Assembly (NCBI GenBank): GCA_001767035.1 | Contig: MEKR01000130.1 | Location: 1 to 53,593, forward strand | Source of the DNA: Acidobacteria bacterium RIFCSPLOWO2_02_FULL_61_28 | GTDB lineage: Bacteria > Acidobacteriota > Terriglobia > 2-12-FULL-54-10 | Direction of reading: 5' to 3' | DNA length: 53,593 nt | In this document: in pieces, positions 1-7,904 of the stretch | Layout of the letters: each line of letters begins with the position of its first letter | Position numbering within the stretch: the first letter of the stretch is position 1 | Notes under the pieces: model-generated | Database searches by the model: none | What the model was told of the DNA's origin: nothing | The model's input: the letters and a program-made list of their open reading frames with translations, nothing else | Position numbers and translations under genes: made by a program

Positions 1-3000
1 AGAGTTCGCAGGCCGCCCTCCAAGGCCAAGTCACCGGACCCGGAGGCGGGCCGGTGGCGCGCGCGCTCGTCCTGCTGCGCAACCGGGCCACCAACGCGCA
101 GGCCTACCGCTACACGAACGAGCAGGGGCTGTATTTTTTCTCGGCGGTGCTGCCGGGGACCTACACGGTGCGCGTGGACGCGCTGGGGAATCAGCCGGAG
201 GAGCGTTCGCCGGTGGAGTTGGCGGTGGCGGCGCGCCTGGAACTGAACTTTGCGCTCCAGCCCTCGGCCACAACGCCCGCGCCGACAACAACCCCGCCCC
301 CGGCTCCGGTGAGCCTCCGGCCCGGAGCCAGCCCGTCGAATTTGCTGGCAGTCATGTACGGAGCCGACGCCGCCGTGCCCCAGGCCCTGATCATCAACCT
401 GCCCATCTCGCTCACCGAAACGCTCCTCGGCTCGCTCTCCAGCCTGATTGATGAGAACAAGATTCTCGAGCTTCCGCTCGACGGGCGCGATGTGTACACG
501 CTGCTGGTCTTGCAGCCCGGCGTGACCTCCGACAACGCCACGGCCCGCGGCCTCGGCTTCTCGGTGAACGGCCAGCGGGTGGCCAGCTCGAACTTCCTTC
601 TGGACGGGGTGGACAACAACGATCCTTCCATCACCGGCCGCGCCACGCGGGTCTCCGCCGACGCAGTGAAGGAATATCGGATGACCACCAACAACTGGAC
701 CGCAGAGTACGGGCGCGCCTCCGGATTTATCGCCAACGCCATCACGCGGACCGGCACCAACGCGCTGCACGGCACGCTCTTCGCCTTCTTCAACCACGAC
801 CGGCTGAACGCGAATACCTTTGCCAATAATCTCGAAGGCCTGCCGCGACTCTCCTCCCGCCAGACCCAGGCGGGAGCCTCGGTGGGCGGCCCCGTGCGGC
901 GCGACCGCCTGTTTTTCTTCGCCAATTTCGAGCGGGCCCATCTGTCGAACGAAGGCCAGCCACTCGATGTCTTTCTCCCGAGCCCTTTGTTTGTGGCCTC
1001 GTTGCGGGAGGGGAGCCGCGCGCAGCAGTTGTTGCGCCGCTTCCCGCCTCCCCAGGGCGCCCCCATCCCCGGCGTTTCCTTCGCCGTCAGCCACCGCTTT
1101 GTGAAGCCGGAGGCGCGCCGGGACACGCTCGGGCTGGGCCGCTTGGACTACAGCTCGCTCGACGGCAGGAACCGCCTCACGGCGCGCCATTCCTTCTCCC
1201 AGCAAACCACCGACGACTTCGTCTTCAGCGTTTACCCGGACTTGAACTCGCCGCTGGTGATTCGCGGCCAGAACCTGGCGACGAATTTTACGCGCGAGCT
1301 GGCGGGAGGAGCGAACGAACTCAAGTTCGGCTACAGCCGCAACAGTGTTCGCGCCTTGCGCCCGTACCCGGAGCTTCCCACGATGGCTTCGGGAGAAGGA
1401 ATCGCTCTGCCCGGCAGCGAAGCGGCCTACGATTACAACTTCCGCGACAACGGGATTCACCTCCTGGACAACTTCAGCCGCTTGAGCGGCCGGCACGCCC
1501 TGGCGATCGGCGCGGAGGCGCGTCTGGCCCGGCACGATTCCCTGCTCTCGGCCGCGCGCGATGGCCTCTATCTCTTCGACACCATCTTCGACTTTTACTT
1601 CGACACTCCCTCGTTCCTCTACATCGCGGTCAACCGGCAGACGGGCCAGGTCCCGTCGGAGTCCGATTTCCGGCGCCGGAACAGCCAGAAGGAATTCGGG
1701 ATGTTTTTCCAGGACAACCTCAAGCTGACGCAGCGCCTGACGTTGAACCTGGGCGTGCGCTATGAGTATTTCGGCGTCCCGCAGCCGCGCGGAGGGAGCC
1801 GCGATTTCAACTTTCTGTTTGGAAGCGGAGCGACCCTGGGCGAACGAATCACGACGGGGCGGCTCGCCGCCGGGACGCTCTACGAACCCGACCGCAACAA
1901 CGTGGCCCCGCGGGTGGGCTTTGCGCTGGATCTGCTGGGCGACGGCAAGAACGTGCTGCGCGGCGGCTACGGATTGTTCTTCGACCGCATCTTCAACAAC
2001 ATCTGGCTCGACGCCCGGAACAACACCATCACGCTCCAACTGCTGGCGAACATCCAGGGCCTGCCGCCGCAGTTTGACTACACCGTACCCGCCCCGGCGG
2101 GCGTGAAGCCGGTGGACCGGCCGACGCCGGGCGGAACCGTGCTGGTGGACCGCGCCTTGCGCACGCCGTACAGCCAGAACTGGTTCGCGGGACTCCAGCG
2201 CGAGGTGACGCCGAATCTGGTCCTGGAGGTCAGTCACGCCGGGTCGCTGGGGCGGAAGCTGGTGACGGCGGACGTTCTGAACCGGGCGTTTTCGGTACCC
2301 CTCACGGTCCGGCCCGCCGGACGCTACAACGCCGACCAGGGCGACATCAGTTACCGCGCCAACCAGGGGCTTTCGAATTTCCTTGCCCTCGAGGTGGCGC
2401 TCAACCGGCGCCGGAGCAGAGGAGTTCAGTTCCAGTTGTCGTATACTTTCAGCCGGACACGCGATATGCAGAGTGACCCGCTCGTGCAACCCGGACTTTC
2501 CGCGCAGCGGCGGGCGTCGCGGGACCTGGCCGACACTTCTTTCTTCCAGATTTCGACCGCGTTCACGCGCCAGTTCGATCCGCGCGCGGACTACGGGCGT
2601 TCCGATTTCGACCAGAGTCACAACCTGGTCTTCAACGCCGTTGCGCAAATTCCGAGCGTTGCCGGGTGGCCGCGGTTCTTGAGGGGCTGGCAGGCCGCCG
2701 CGCTGGCCGGGATTCGCTCCGGGTTTCCGTTCAGCGTCTACACCACGCAGCTTGCGATTCCCGCGAGCGGCGGGTTGCTGGTCCGCAACCGGGCCGACTT
2801 TGTCGGGGGCGATCTCGAAAAAGCGTTTCTCTCCTCGCGGCGGCCGGTGCGCGGCGGAGTGGGACTGCTCGATGCGTCCCAGTTCCGCGCCCCGGCGGGA
2901 GGCGCGATCGGCTCCCTGACGCGGAACGCGCTGCGCGGCCCGGGATTCTGGAACGTGGATTTCGGCCTCAGCCGCAGTTTTGCGCTGTCCCTCCTGGGCG

Positions 3001-3203
3001 AGCAAGGACAAGTCCAGTTCCGGGCCGATTTCTTCAACCTCTTCAATCACACGAACCTCAACAACCCCGACCCGTTCCTGGAGTCGCCCAGCTTCGGCGA
3101 AGCCACCTTCGGGCGGCGGGGATTCGGCTCCTCGCAGTACAGCGCGGCGCCCCTCAACGAGCAGCCCCGGCGAATCCAGTTCGCCGTTAAGGTATACTTT
3201 TAG
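1..3203 (+). CDS. TonB-dependent outer-membrane receptor with N-terminal carboxypeptidase-regulatory-like domain (5' end cut by window edge)
   Basis: The frame is open from nt 3 (..GQVTGPGGGPVARALVLL..GTYTVRV, CarboxypepD_reg-type beta-sandwich). Plug-like LDGRDVYTLLVLQPGV..NGQRVASSNFLLDGVDNND, a long barrel, and an aromatic C-terminus ..RRIQFAVKVYF. Paralogous to 41843..45046. Confidence 0.9.
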   Translation, partial: SSQAALQGQVTGPGGGPVARALVLLRNRATNAQAYRYTNEQGLYFFSAVLPGTYTVRVDALGNQPEERSPVELAVAARLELNFALQPSATTPAPTTTPPPAPVSLRPGASPSNLLAVMYGADAAVPQALIINLPISLTETLLGSLSSLIDENKILELPLDGRDVYTLLVLQPGVTSDNATARGLGFSVNGQRVASSNFLLDGVDNNDPSITGRATRVSADAVKEYRMTTNNWTAEYGRASGFIANAITRTGTNALHGTLFAFFNHDRLNANTFANNLEGLPRLSSRQTQAGASVGGPVRRDRLFFFANFERAHLSNEGQPLDVFLPSPLFVASLREGSRAQQLLRRFPPPQGAPIPGVSFAVSHRFVKPEARRDTLGLGRLDYSSLDGRNRLTARHSFSQQTTDDFVFSVYPDLNSPLVIRGQNLATNFTRELAGGANELKFGYSRNSVRALRPYPELPTMASGEGIALPGSEAAYDYNFRDNGIHLLDNFSRLSGRHALAIGAEARLARHDSLLSAARDGLYLFDTIFDFYFDTPSFLYIAVNRQTGQVPSESDFRRRNSQKEFGMFFQDNLKLTQRLTLNLGVRYEYFGVPQPRGGSRDFNFLFGSGATLGERITTGRLAAGTLYEPDRNNVAPRVGFALDLLGDGKNVLRGGYGLFFDRIFNNIWLDARNNTITLQLLANIQGLPPQFDYTVPAPAGVKPVDRPTPGGTVLVDRALRTPYSQNWFAGLQREVTPNLVLEVSHAGSLGRKLVTADVLNRAFSVPLTVRPAGRYNADQGDISYRANQGLSNFLALEVALNRRRSRGVQFQLSYTFSRTRDMQSDPLVQPGLSAQRRASRDLADTSFFQISTAFTRQFDPRADYGRSDFDQSHNLVFNAVAQIPSVAGWPRFLRGWQAAALAGIRSGFPFSVYTTQLAIPASGGLLVRNRADFVGGDLEKAFLSSRRPVRGGVGLLDASQFRAPAGGAIGSLTRNALRGPGFWNVDFGLSRSFALSLLGEQGQVQFRADFFNLFNHTNLNNPDPFLESPSFGEATFGRRGFGSSQYSAAPLNEQPRRIQFAVKVYF

Positions 3204-3215
3204 CGATCATGAAAC

Positions 3216-3366
3216 CAGGGAACAGGGAACAGGGAACAGGGAACAGTTACCAGCGCCGGCCTTCTCTGTTTCCTATTCCTCGGTGGTTAGGGAACAAGGA
3301 ACGGGCAACAGGGAACAGTTCCCAGCGATGCTCTTCTCTGTTCCCTACTCCCTGTTCCCTGTTCCC
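3216..3366. repeat. Two tandem ~70-nt imperfect palindromic units built from GGGAACA heptamers and their complement CTGTTCCC
   Basis: Read directly: (GGGAACA)x4 at 3218-3245, then ..CTGTTTCCTATTCCT. The second unit is AGGGAACAAGGAACGGGCAACAGGGAACAG..CTGTTCCCTACTCCCTGTTCCCTGTTCCC. Confidence 0.85.
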
Positions 3367-3385
3367 TTGTCTGTCCCGTGTCTCT

Positions 3386-6300
3386 GTGGCCCTGCTGTTT
3401 TTTGCGGCGCTTTTTGCGACGGGCGCGCGCGCGCAGATCATCAACACCATCGCGGGCAACGCCATCAACGACGGCAAGCCGGCGCTCGAAACCACGCTCG
3501 GCAAGCCGCAAGGTCTGGCGTTTGATTCGGCGGGAAATCTGATCATCGCCGATCGCGCCAACTTCGTGGTGCGGCGCATCTCCGCCGTAACGGGGATCTC
3601 GACGGTGCTGGCCGGTGGCGGCAGCCAATTCGACGACGCCATCCCGATCCCCGGCCGGAGCGCTGCGCTCGACTTCCCGTTGGCGATGGCCGTGGACGCG
3701 AACAACAACATCTACTTCTCCGACTTCAACGATCACCGCATCCGCAAAATCACTCCGGGCGGGCAGATCAGCACGATTGCCGGAACGGGCGAGTACGGGT
3801 ATTCGGGCGACGGGGGCAAGGCGGTCCTGGCGACGCTCGCGTTCCCGGTGGGCGTGGCGCTCGACCGCGCCGGAAACCTCTACATCGCCGACGCGGACAA
3901 TGCGGTTGTGCGGCGGGTCAACCTCTCGACCGGCATCATCCAGACCGTCGCGGGGATCGGCAACCCGGGCAACAGCGGCGACGGCGGACCGGCGGACCGG
4001 GCACAACTGCAGCTTCCGTGGGCGCTCGCCTTCAGTGCGGACGGAAGCCTCTATATCTCCGACTTGGGCGAGGACATCGTGCGTAAGGTTAGCCCTGCCG
4101 GCATCATCACGACGGAGGTGCCCAAATCCGCCGGGATAAGCGGCCCTCGGGCTCTGGCGTTTAGCCCCAGCGGCGCGCTCCACATTGCCGACTACTCGAA
4201 CGATCGGGTCGTCCGGGTGGATGCCGGGGGAACGCTGACGCCGGTTGCCGGTGGCGGATTTCAATTCGCCACCGACAACATTCCCGCGATCGCAGAGTTC
4301 CTGTTTGGTCCCACGGGGCTGGCGTTTGACGGCGCAGGAAACCTCTTCATCAGCTTGGAAGGCTTCAGTCTGGTGCGGCGCGTGGACGCGGCGAGCCGGC
4401 TGTCGCGGACCTTTGCTGGAACTTTGAACGTGCTCGACGGCGGCCCCGCGTTGAACGCTCCCTTAGCGTTCCCCGTCGGGATTGCGGTTGACCCGAGCGG
4501 GAACATCCTCTTCGTGGACGAGGAGCACCAGCGCATCCGCCGGATTGACGCTTCCCCCAATCCGGCGCAGTCCACGATCCGCACCATTGTCGGCACCGGA
4601 TTCCCCGATTCCGCGCCCGACGGCACCCTGGCCTCCTCGGCGAGCGCGGAGTCCCCCCTGAGCGTCTCAGTGGATTCGAGCGGCAACATCTACTATACCG
4701 AGGCGTTTACAGTAGTCCGCAAAATTGACGCGGCGTCGGGGCGGGTCACGACCGTCGCGGGCCGGGTCTACGAGGGAGGCTACAGCGGGGATCGGGGGCC
4801 GGCAGTGAGCGCGCAATTGAACATTCCCTTTGCCGCCGTCCCGGACCGCTTGGGGAATCTCTACATTTCCGACCGGGACAATCATTGCATCCGGCGAGTG
4901 GACTCCCGCGGGACCATCAGCACGGCAGCCGGCGTCTGCACGCAACCAGGCTACACCGGGGACGGCGGCCTGGCCACGCAGGCCCGCCTCAACCATCCGA
5001 CGGGGCTGGCCTTCGACTTGAACGGGAATCTCCTAATCGCCGACCAAGACAACTATGTGGTCCGGCGGCTGAATGTAACCACAGACAGGATCGAGCGCGT
5101 CGCAGGCAAGGGGGGGGTCTTTGGTTATTCGGGCGACGGAGGATCGCCGCTCGAAGCCGAACTGGGAACCCCCATTGGTCTGGCCGTGGACCGCAACGGA
5201 AATATCTACATCGCCGACGACAGCAATGAGGTCGTGCGGGTCATCCGGGGCAATACGATCTCGACGTTCGCCGGCGTGGGGATCTCCGGGTTCGCCGGAG
5301 ACGGCGGGCGGGCGGAGTTCGCCTTCCTGAACACTCCGACCGGCTTGGCCGTAGACGCGGCGGGCAACCTCTATATTTCCGACTCCGATAACCACCGGAT
5401 TCGTCGGGTGAGCGCGCAGACCGACGTCGCCCCGGTCCTGGCGGTCGAGCCGAACTCCTTGAGCTTCCGTGTGCCGCAAGGCAGCGCGCCCGCAGCCCAG
5501 GCGGTGCTCATCAAGAACACCGGCTCGGGCTTGCTCTTCTGGAGCGCGGAGGCGGCGACGGTTTCCGGAGGCCCCTGGCTGCGCCTGTCCGACAATGCCG
5601 GGAGCGCCCCGGCTTCCCTGAAGGCGCTGGTCAACACGCGCGATCTCGCGGTGGGAACCTACCAGGGCGCGATCCTCATTTCGGGGGTGGGCGCGGCCAA
5701 CTCGCCGGCGCGCGTCGCCGTCTCGCTGACCGTGGACCCGCCGCTCACGCCCGAACTCGCGCTCTCCACACAGTTCCTCACCTTTGACGCCATTCAGGGC
5801 GGAGCGCCTCCCACTCCCCAGATCCTCTCGATCACCAACAGCGGGAGCGGCGATTTGAATTGGTCGGCGCAGGCCATCACGAATCGCGGCGGGAACTGGC
5901 TGAGCGTCGCGCCCGCCTCCGGAAGCGTCGGCACAACGGCGGGGAGCACCATTGTTTCCGTCAACGCGGAAGGGCTTGCCACGGGACTCTACCTCGGCTT
6001 GCTCACCGTAAACAACACCGGGACCGGGGCGACCAAAGCCGGCGCCGTTTCCTTGTCGGTCGGCCCTCCGGCCGGACGAATTCTCATGACCCAAAGCAAT
6101 TTTGCCTTCACGGTCGTGCAGGGAAGCACGGTCGTCCCGCCGCAACCTTTCCGGATTGTGAATGCCGGCGAGGGAAGCATGGAATGGCGCATCCAGACGA
6201 TCCTGCCGCAAGGCAACTGGCTCCGCGTGTCGCAATTGCAAGGAACCAGCGACGCAGCCGCCCCGCGCGCTTCGCCCGTGGTCAGCCTGGCCGTGGACGC

Positions 6301-7813
6301 TTCGGAGCTTTCTCCGGGGACGTACGGCGGCTTGTTGGTGGTGAGCGCGGCGGGCGCGCGCAACAACCCGCAGTTTGCCACCGTGGTGACGCGGGTGCTG
6401 CCGCCGGGCTCGGCCCCGGTTCCTTCCGTGCAGCCCGCCGGACTCATCTTCACAACCACGCCGGGCGGCTCGCCCACGGTGCAGGAAGTGAACGCCCAGA
6501 CGACGGGCGGAGGATCCCTCACCTTCACCGCCGGAGCACGCACCGAACAGGGCGTGGGCTGGCTCACCGTCAGCCCCACCTCCGGCTCGCTGCAAAGCTC
6601 GGCGGACCGCACCCGCGTCCGGATACAGGTCTCGCCGGCTACGCTCGCAGCGGGGGTCTATCGCGGAGCCGTCACACTCTCCTTCAGCGACGGCTCGGTG
6701 CTCGAAGTGGCCGTGGCCGCGATCGTTCGGGAAGGAGCGGCGGCCTCGCCGGCCTCTGCCGGGAAAACGCAAAACGAACCCTGCGCTCCGGCGCGCCAGG
6801 TCTTGGTGAGCACCCGGCTGGCCAACAACTTCTCGCTGCCGACCGGCTGGCCGGTCCCGATGGCCGTCCAGGTCAGCAACGATTGCGGAGTGCCGGTGGC
6901 GAACAGCACCGTCGCGGCCAGCTTCTCGAGCGGCGACGCGCCGATCGTGCTCCACAACTTGCGCGACGGCCAGTACGCCGGCACCTGGGTCCCGGCGCGC
7001 GCGCCTTCGCCGGCCGCTCCCGAAGTGCAGGTCTTCATGCGCTCCCTGAATCCGCAGTTGCAGGAGGGCGCGCTCCAGTTGAGCGGAAAGCTCGGCCTCG
7101 ATACCACCTACCCCGTCATCAACGATAACGGCGTCGTCAACGGAGCGAGTTTCGCGTCGGTCCAGCCGCTCTCGCCCGGCGGGATTTTTTCGCTCTTCGG
7201 GTCGAGCCTCGCCGACCGGAATTCCTTCGCCGGCGAGGTGCCCTTGCCGACCACGCTCGGCGGCGTCTCGGTCAAGATCGGGGGCCTCGACGCGCCGCTG
7301 TTCTTTGCCGGACCCGGCCAGATCAACGGGCAGATACCCCCTGAACTGGCCGACGCCCCCTCGGCGGATATTGTGGTCACCGCGCGCGGCATCGTCAGCG
7401 CGCAGCGAACCATCCAGCTTCATCCCACGCAACCGGGAATCTTCTTCACCGCGGGAGAGACCCAGGGCGCGGTGCTCAATCAGGACTTCTCGGCCAACTC
7501 ACCCGCGAACCCCGCCGCGCGCGGCGCCGTCATCCAAATCTTCGCCAGCGGGCTTGGCCCCACTAGCCCCTCCGTTCCCGCCGGCGCACCCGCGCCGACG
7601 ACCGCTCCGTTCGCCAATGTCACGAACCCGGTGACCGTGACCATCGGCGGCATCAATGCGCCGGTCGAGTTCCAGGCGCTCGCGCCCGGCTTCGTCGGCC
7701 TCTACCAGATCAACGCCCAAATCCCGGCGGGCATCACGCCCGGTCCTGCCGTCCCGTTGCGCATCTCCCAAAACGGATTCGACAGCAACCCGGTCACGGT
7801 CGCCGTTCGGTAG
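3386..7813 (+). CDS. Giant secreted NHL-repeat / Ig-like (BACON-like) repeat protein with TIGR03437-type C-terminal domain
   Basis: More than 10 NHL-like blades (..GNLYI[AS]D..N..[IV]RR[IV]..). Four ~100-aa Ig-like repeats (L.F....G......L.I.N.G.G.L.W.A......WL.VSP.SG). C-terminus ..APGFVGLYQINAQIPAGITPGPAVPLRISQNGFDSNPVTVAVR. The maximal ORF starts at ATG 3209, but its first ~55 codons are the palindromic repeat. The signal peptide (VALLFFAALFATGARAQ) points to a start near CTG 3371 or GTG 3386; the start is uncertain. Confidence 0.85.
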   Translation: MALLFFAALFATGARAQIINTIAGNAINDGKPALETTLGKPQGLAFDSAGNLIIADRANFVVRRISAVTGISTVLAGGGSQFDDAIPIPGRSAALDFPLAMAVDANNNIYFSDFNDHRIRKITPGGQISTIAGTGEYGYSGDGGKAVLATLAFPVGVALDRAGNLYIADADNAVVRRVNLSTGIIQTVAGIGNPGNSGDGGPADRAQLQLPWALAFSADGSLYISDLGEDIVRKVSPAGIITTEVPKSAGISGPRALAFSPSGALHIADYSNDRVVRVDAGGTLTPVAGGGFQFATDNIPAIAEFLFGPTGLAFDGAGNLFISLEGFSLVRRVDAASRLSRTFAGTLNVLDGGPALNAPLAFPVGIAVDPSGNILFVDEEHQRIRRIDASPNPAQSTIRTIVGTGFPDSAPDGTLASSASAESPLSVSVDSSGNIYYTEAFTVVRKIDAASGRVTTVAGRVYEGGYSGDRGPAVSAQLNIPFAAVPDRLGNLYISDRDNHCIRRVDSRGTISTAAGVCTQPGYTGDGGLATQARLNHPTGLAFDLNGNLLIADQDNYVVRRLNVTTDRIERVAGKGGVFGYSGDGGSPLEAELGTPIGLAVDRNGNIYIADDSNEVVRVIRGNTISTFAGVGISGFAGDGGRAEFAFLNTPTGLAVDAAGNLYISDSDNHRIRRVSAQTDVAPVLAVEPNSLSFRVPQGSAPAAQAVLIKNTGSGLLFWSAEAATVSGGPWLRLSDNAGSAPASLKALVNTRDLAVGTYQGAILISGVGAANSPARVAVSLTVDPPLTPELALSTQFLTFDAIQGGAPPTPQILSITNSGSGDLNWSAQAITNRGGNWLSVAPASGSVGTTAGSTIVSVNAEGLATGLYLGLLTVNNTGTGATKAGAVSLSVGPPAGRILMTQSNFAFTVVQGSTVVPPQPFRIVNAGEGSMEWRIQTILPQGNWLRVSQLQGTSDAAAPRASPVVSLAVDASELSPGTYGGLLVVSAAGARNNPQFATVVTRVLPPGSAPVPSVQPAGLIFTTTPGGSPTVQEVNAQTTGGGSLTFTAGARTEQGVGWLTVSPTSGSLQSSADRTRVRIQVSPATLAAGVYRGAVTLSFSDGSVLEVAVAAIVREGAAASPASAGKTQNEPCAPARQVLVSTRLANNFSLPTGWPVPMAVQVSNDCGVPVANSTVAASFSSGDAPIVLHNLRDGQYAGTWVPARAPSPAAPEVQVFMRSLNPQLQEGALQLSGKLGLDTTYPVINDNGVVNGASFASVQPLSPGGIFSLFGSSLADRNSFAGEVPLPTTLGGVSVKIGGLDAPLFFAGPGQINGQIPPELADAPSADIVVTARGIVSAQRTIQLHPTQPGIFFTAGETQGAVLNQDFSANSPANPAARGAVIQIFASGLGPTSPSVPAGAPAPTTAPFANVTNPVTVTIGGINAPVEFQALAPGFVGLYQINAQIPAGITPGPAVPLRISQNGFDSNPVTVAVR

Positions 7814-7881
7814 CCACGGCACGATTTGGGTGCCGTGGGCGTTTGCCGGAACGAACCCACGGCATAAAAAACATGCCGTGG
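7814..7881. repeat. Two REP-like hairpins CCACGGCA[CT]-N7-[AG]TGCCGTGG between convergent genes
   Basis: 9-bp stems at 7814-7822/7830-7838 and 7857-7865/7873-7881. The same palindrome recurs at 10422-10446. No clean U-tract, so not called as classical terminators. Confidence 0.75.
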
Positions 7882-7904
7882 CTACCACAAATCACGATCT
7901 GGTA

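Noticed and set aside
3209-3385. ATG 3209 as the start of the giant NHL protein (N-terminus MKPGNREQGTGNSYQ...).
   Set aside because: These codons are the palindromic GGGAACA repeat read in frame. There is no RBS, and a normal signal peptide only begins around 3371-3386. It is kept only as the maximal-ORF alternative.
5033-7432. Very long antisense or alternative-frame ORFs. Examples: 5033..7432 (-), 5860..7128 (+), 15682..16791 (-), 20941..21957 (-), 34462..35568 (+), 38169..39779 (-), 39983..41617 (+), 42815..44617 (+), 51204..52766 (-).
   Set aside because: Each lies entirely within a gene on the other strand or frame that has clear family signatures. Their translations are Arg/Gly/Pro/Ala-rich low-complexity strings, typical of stop-codon-poor high-GC DNA. 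No independent motif supports them.
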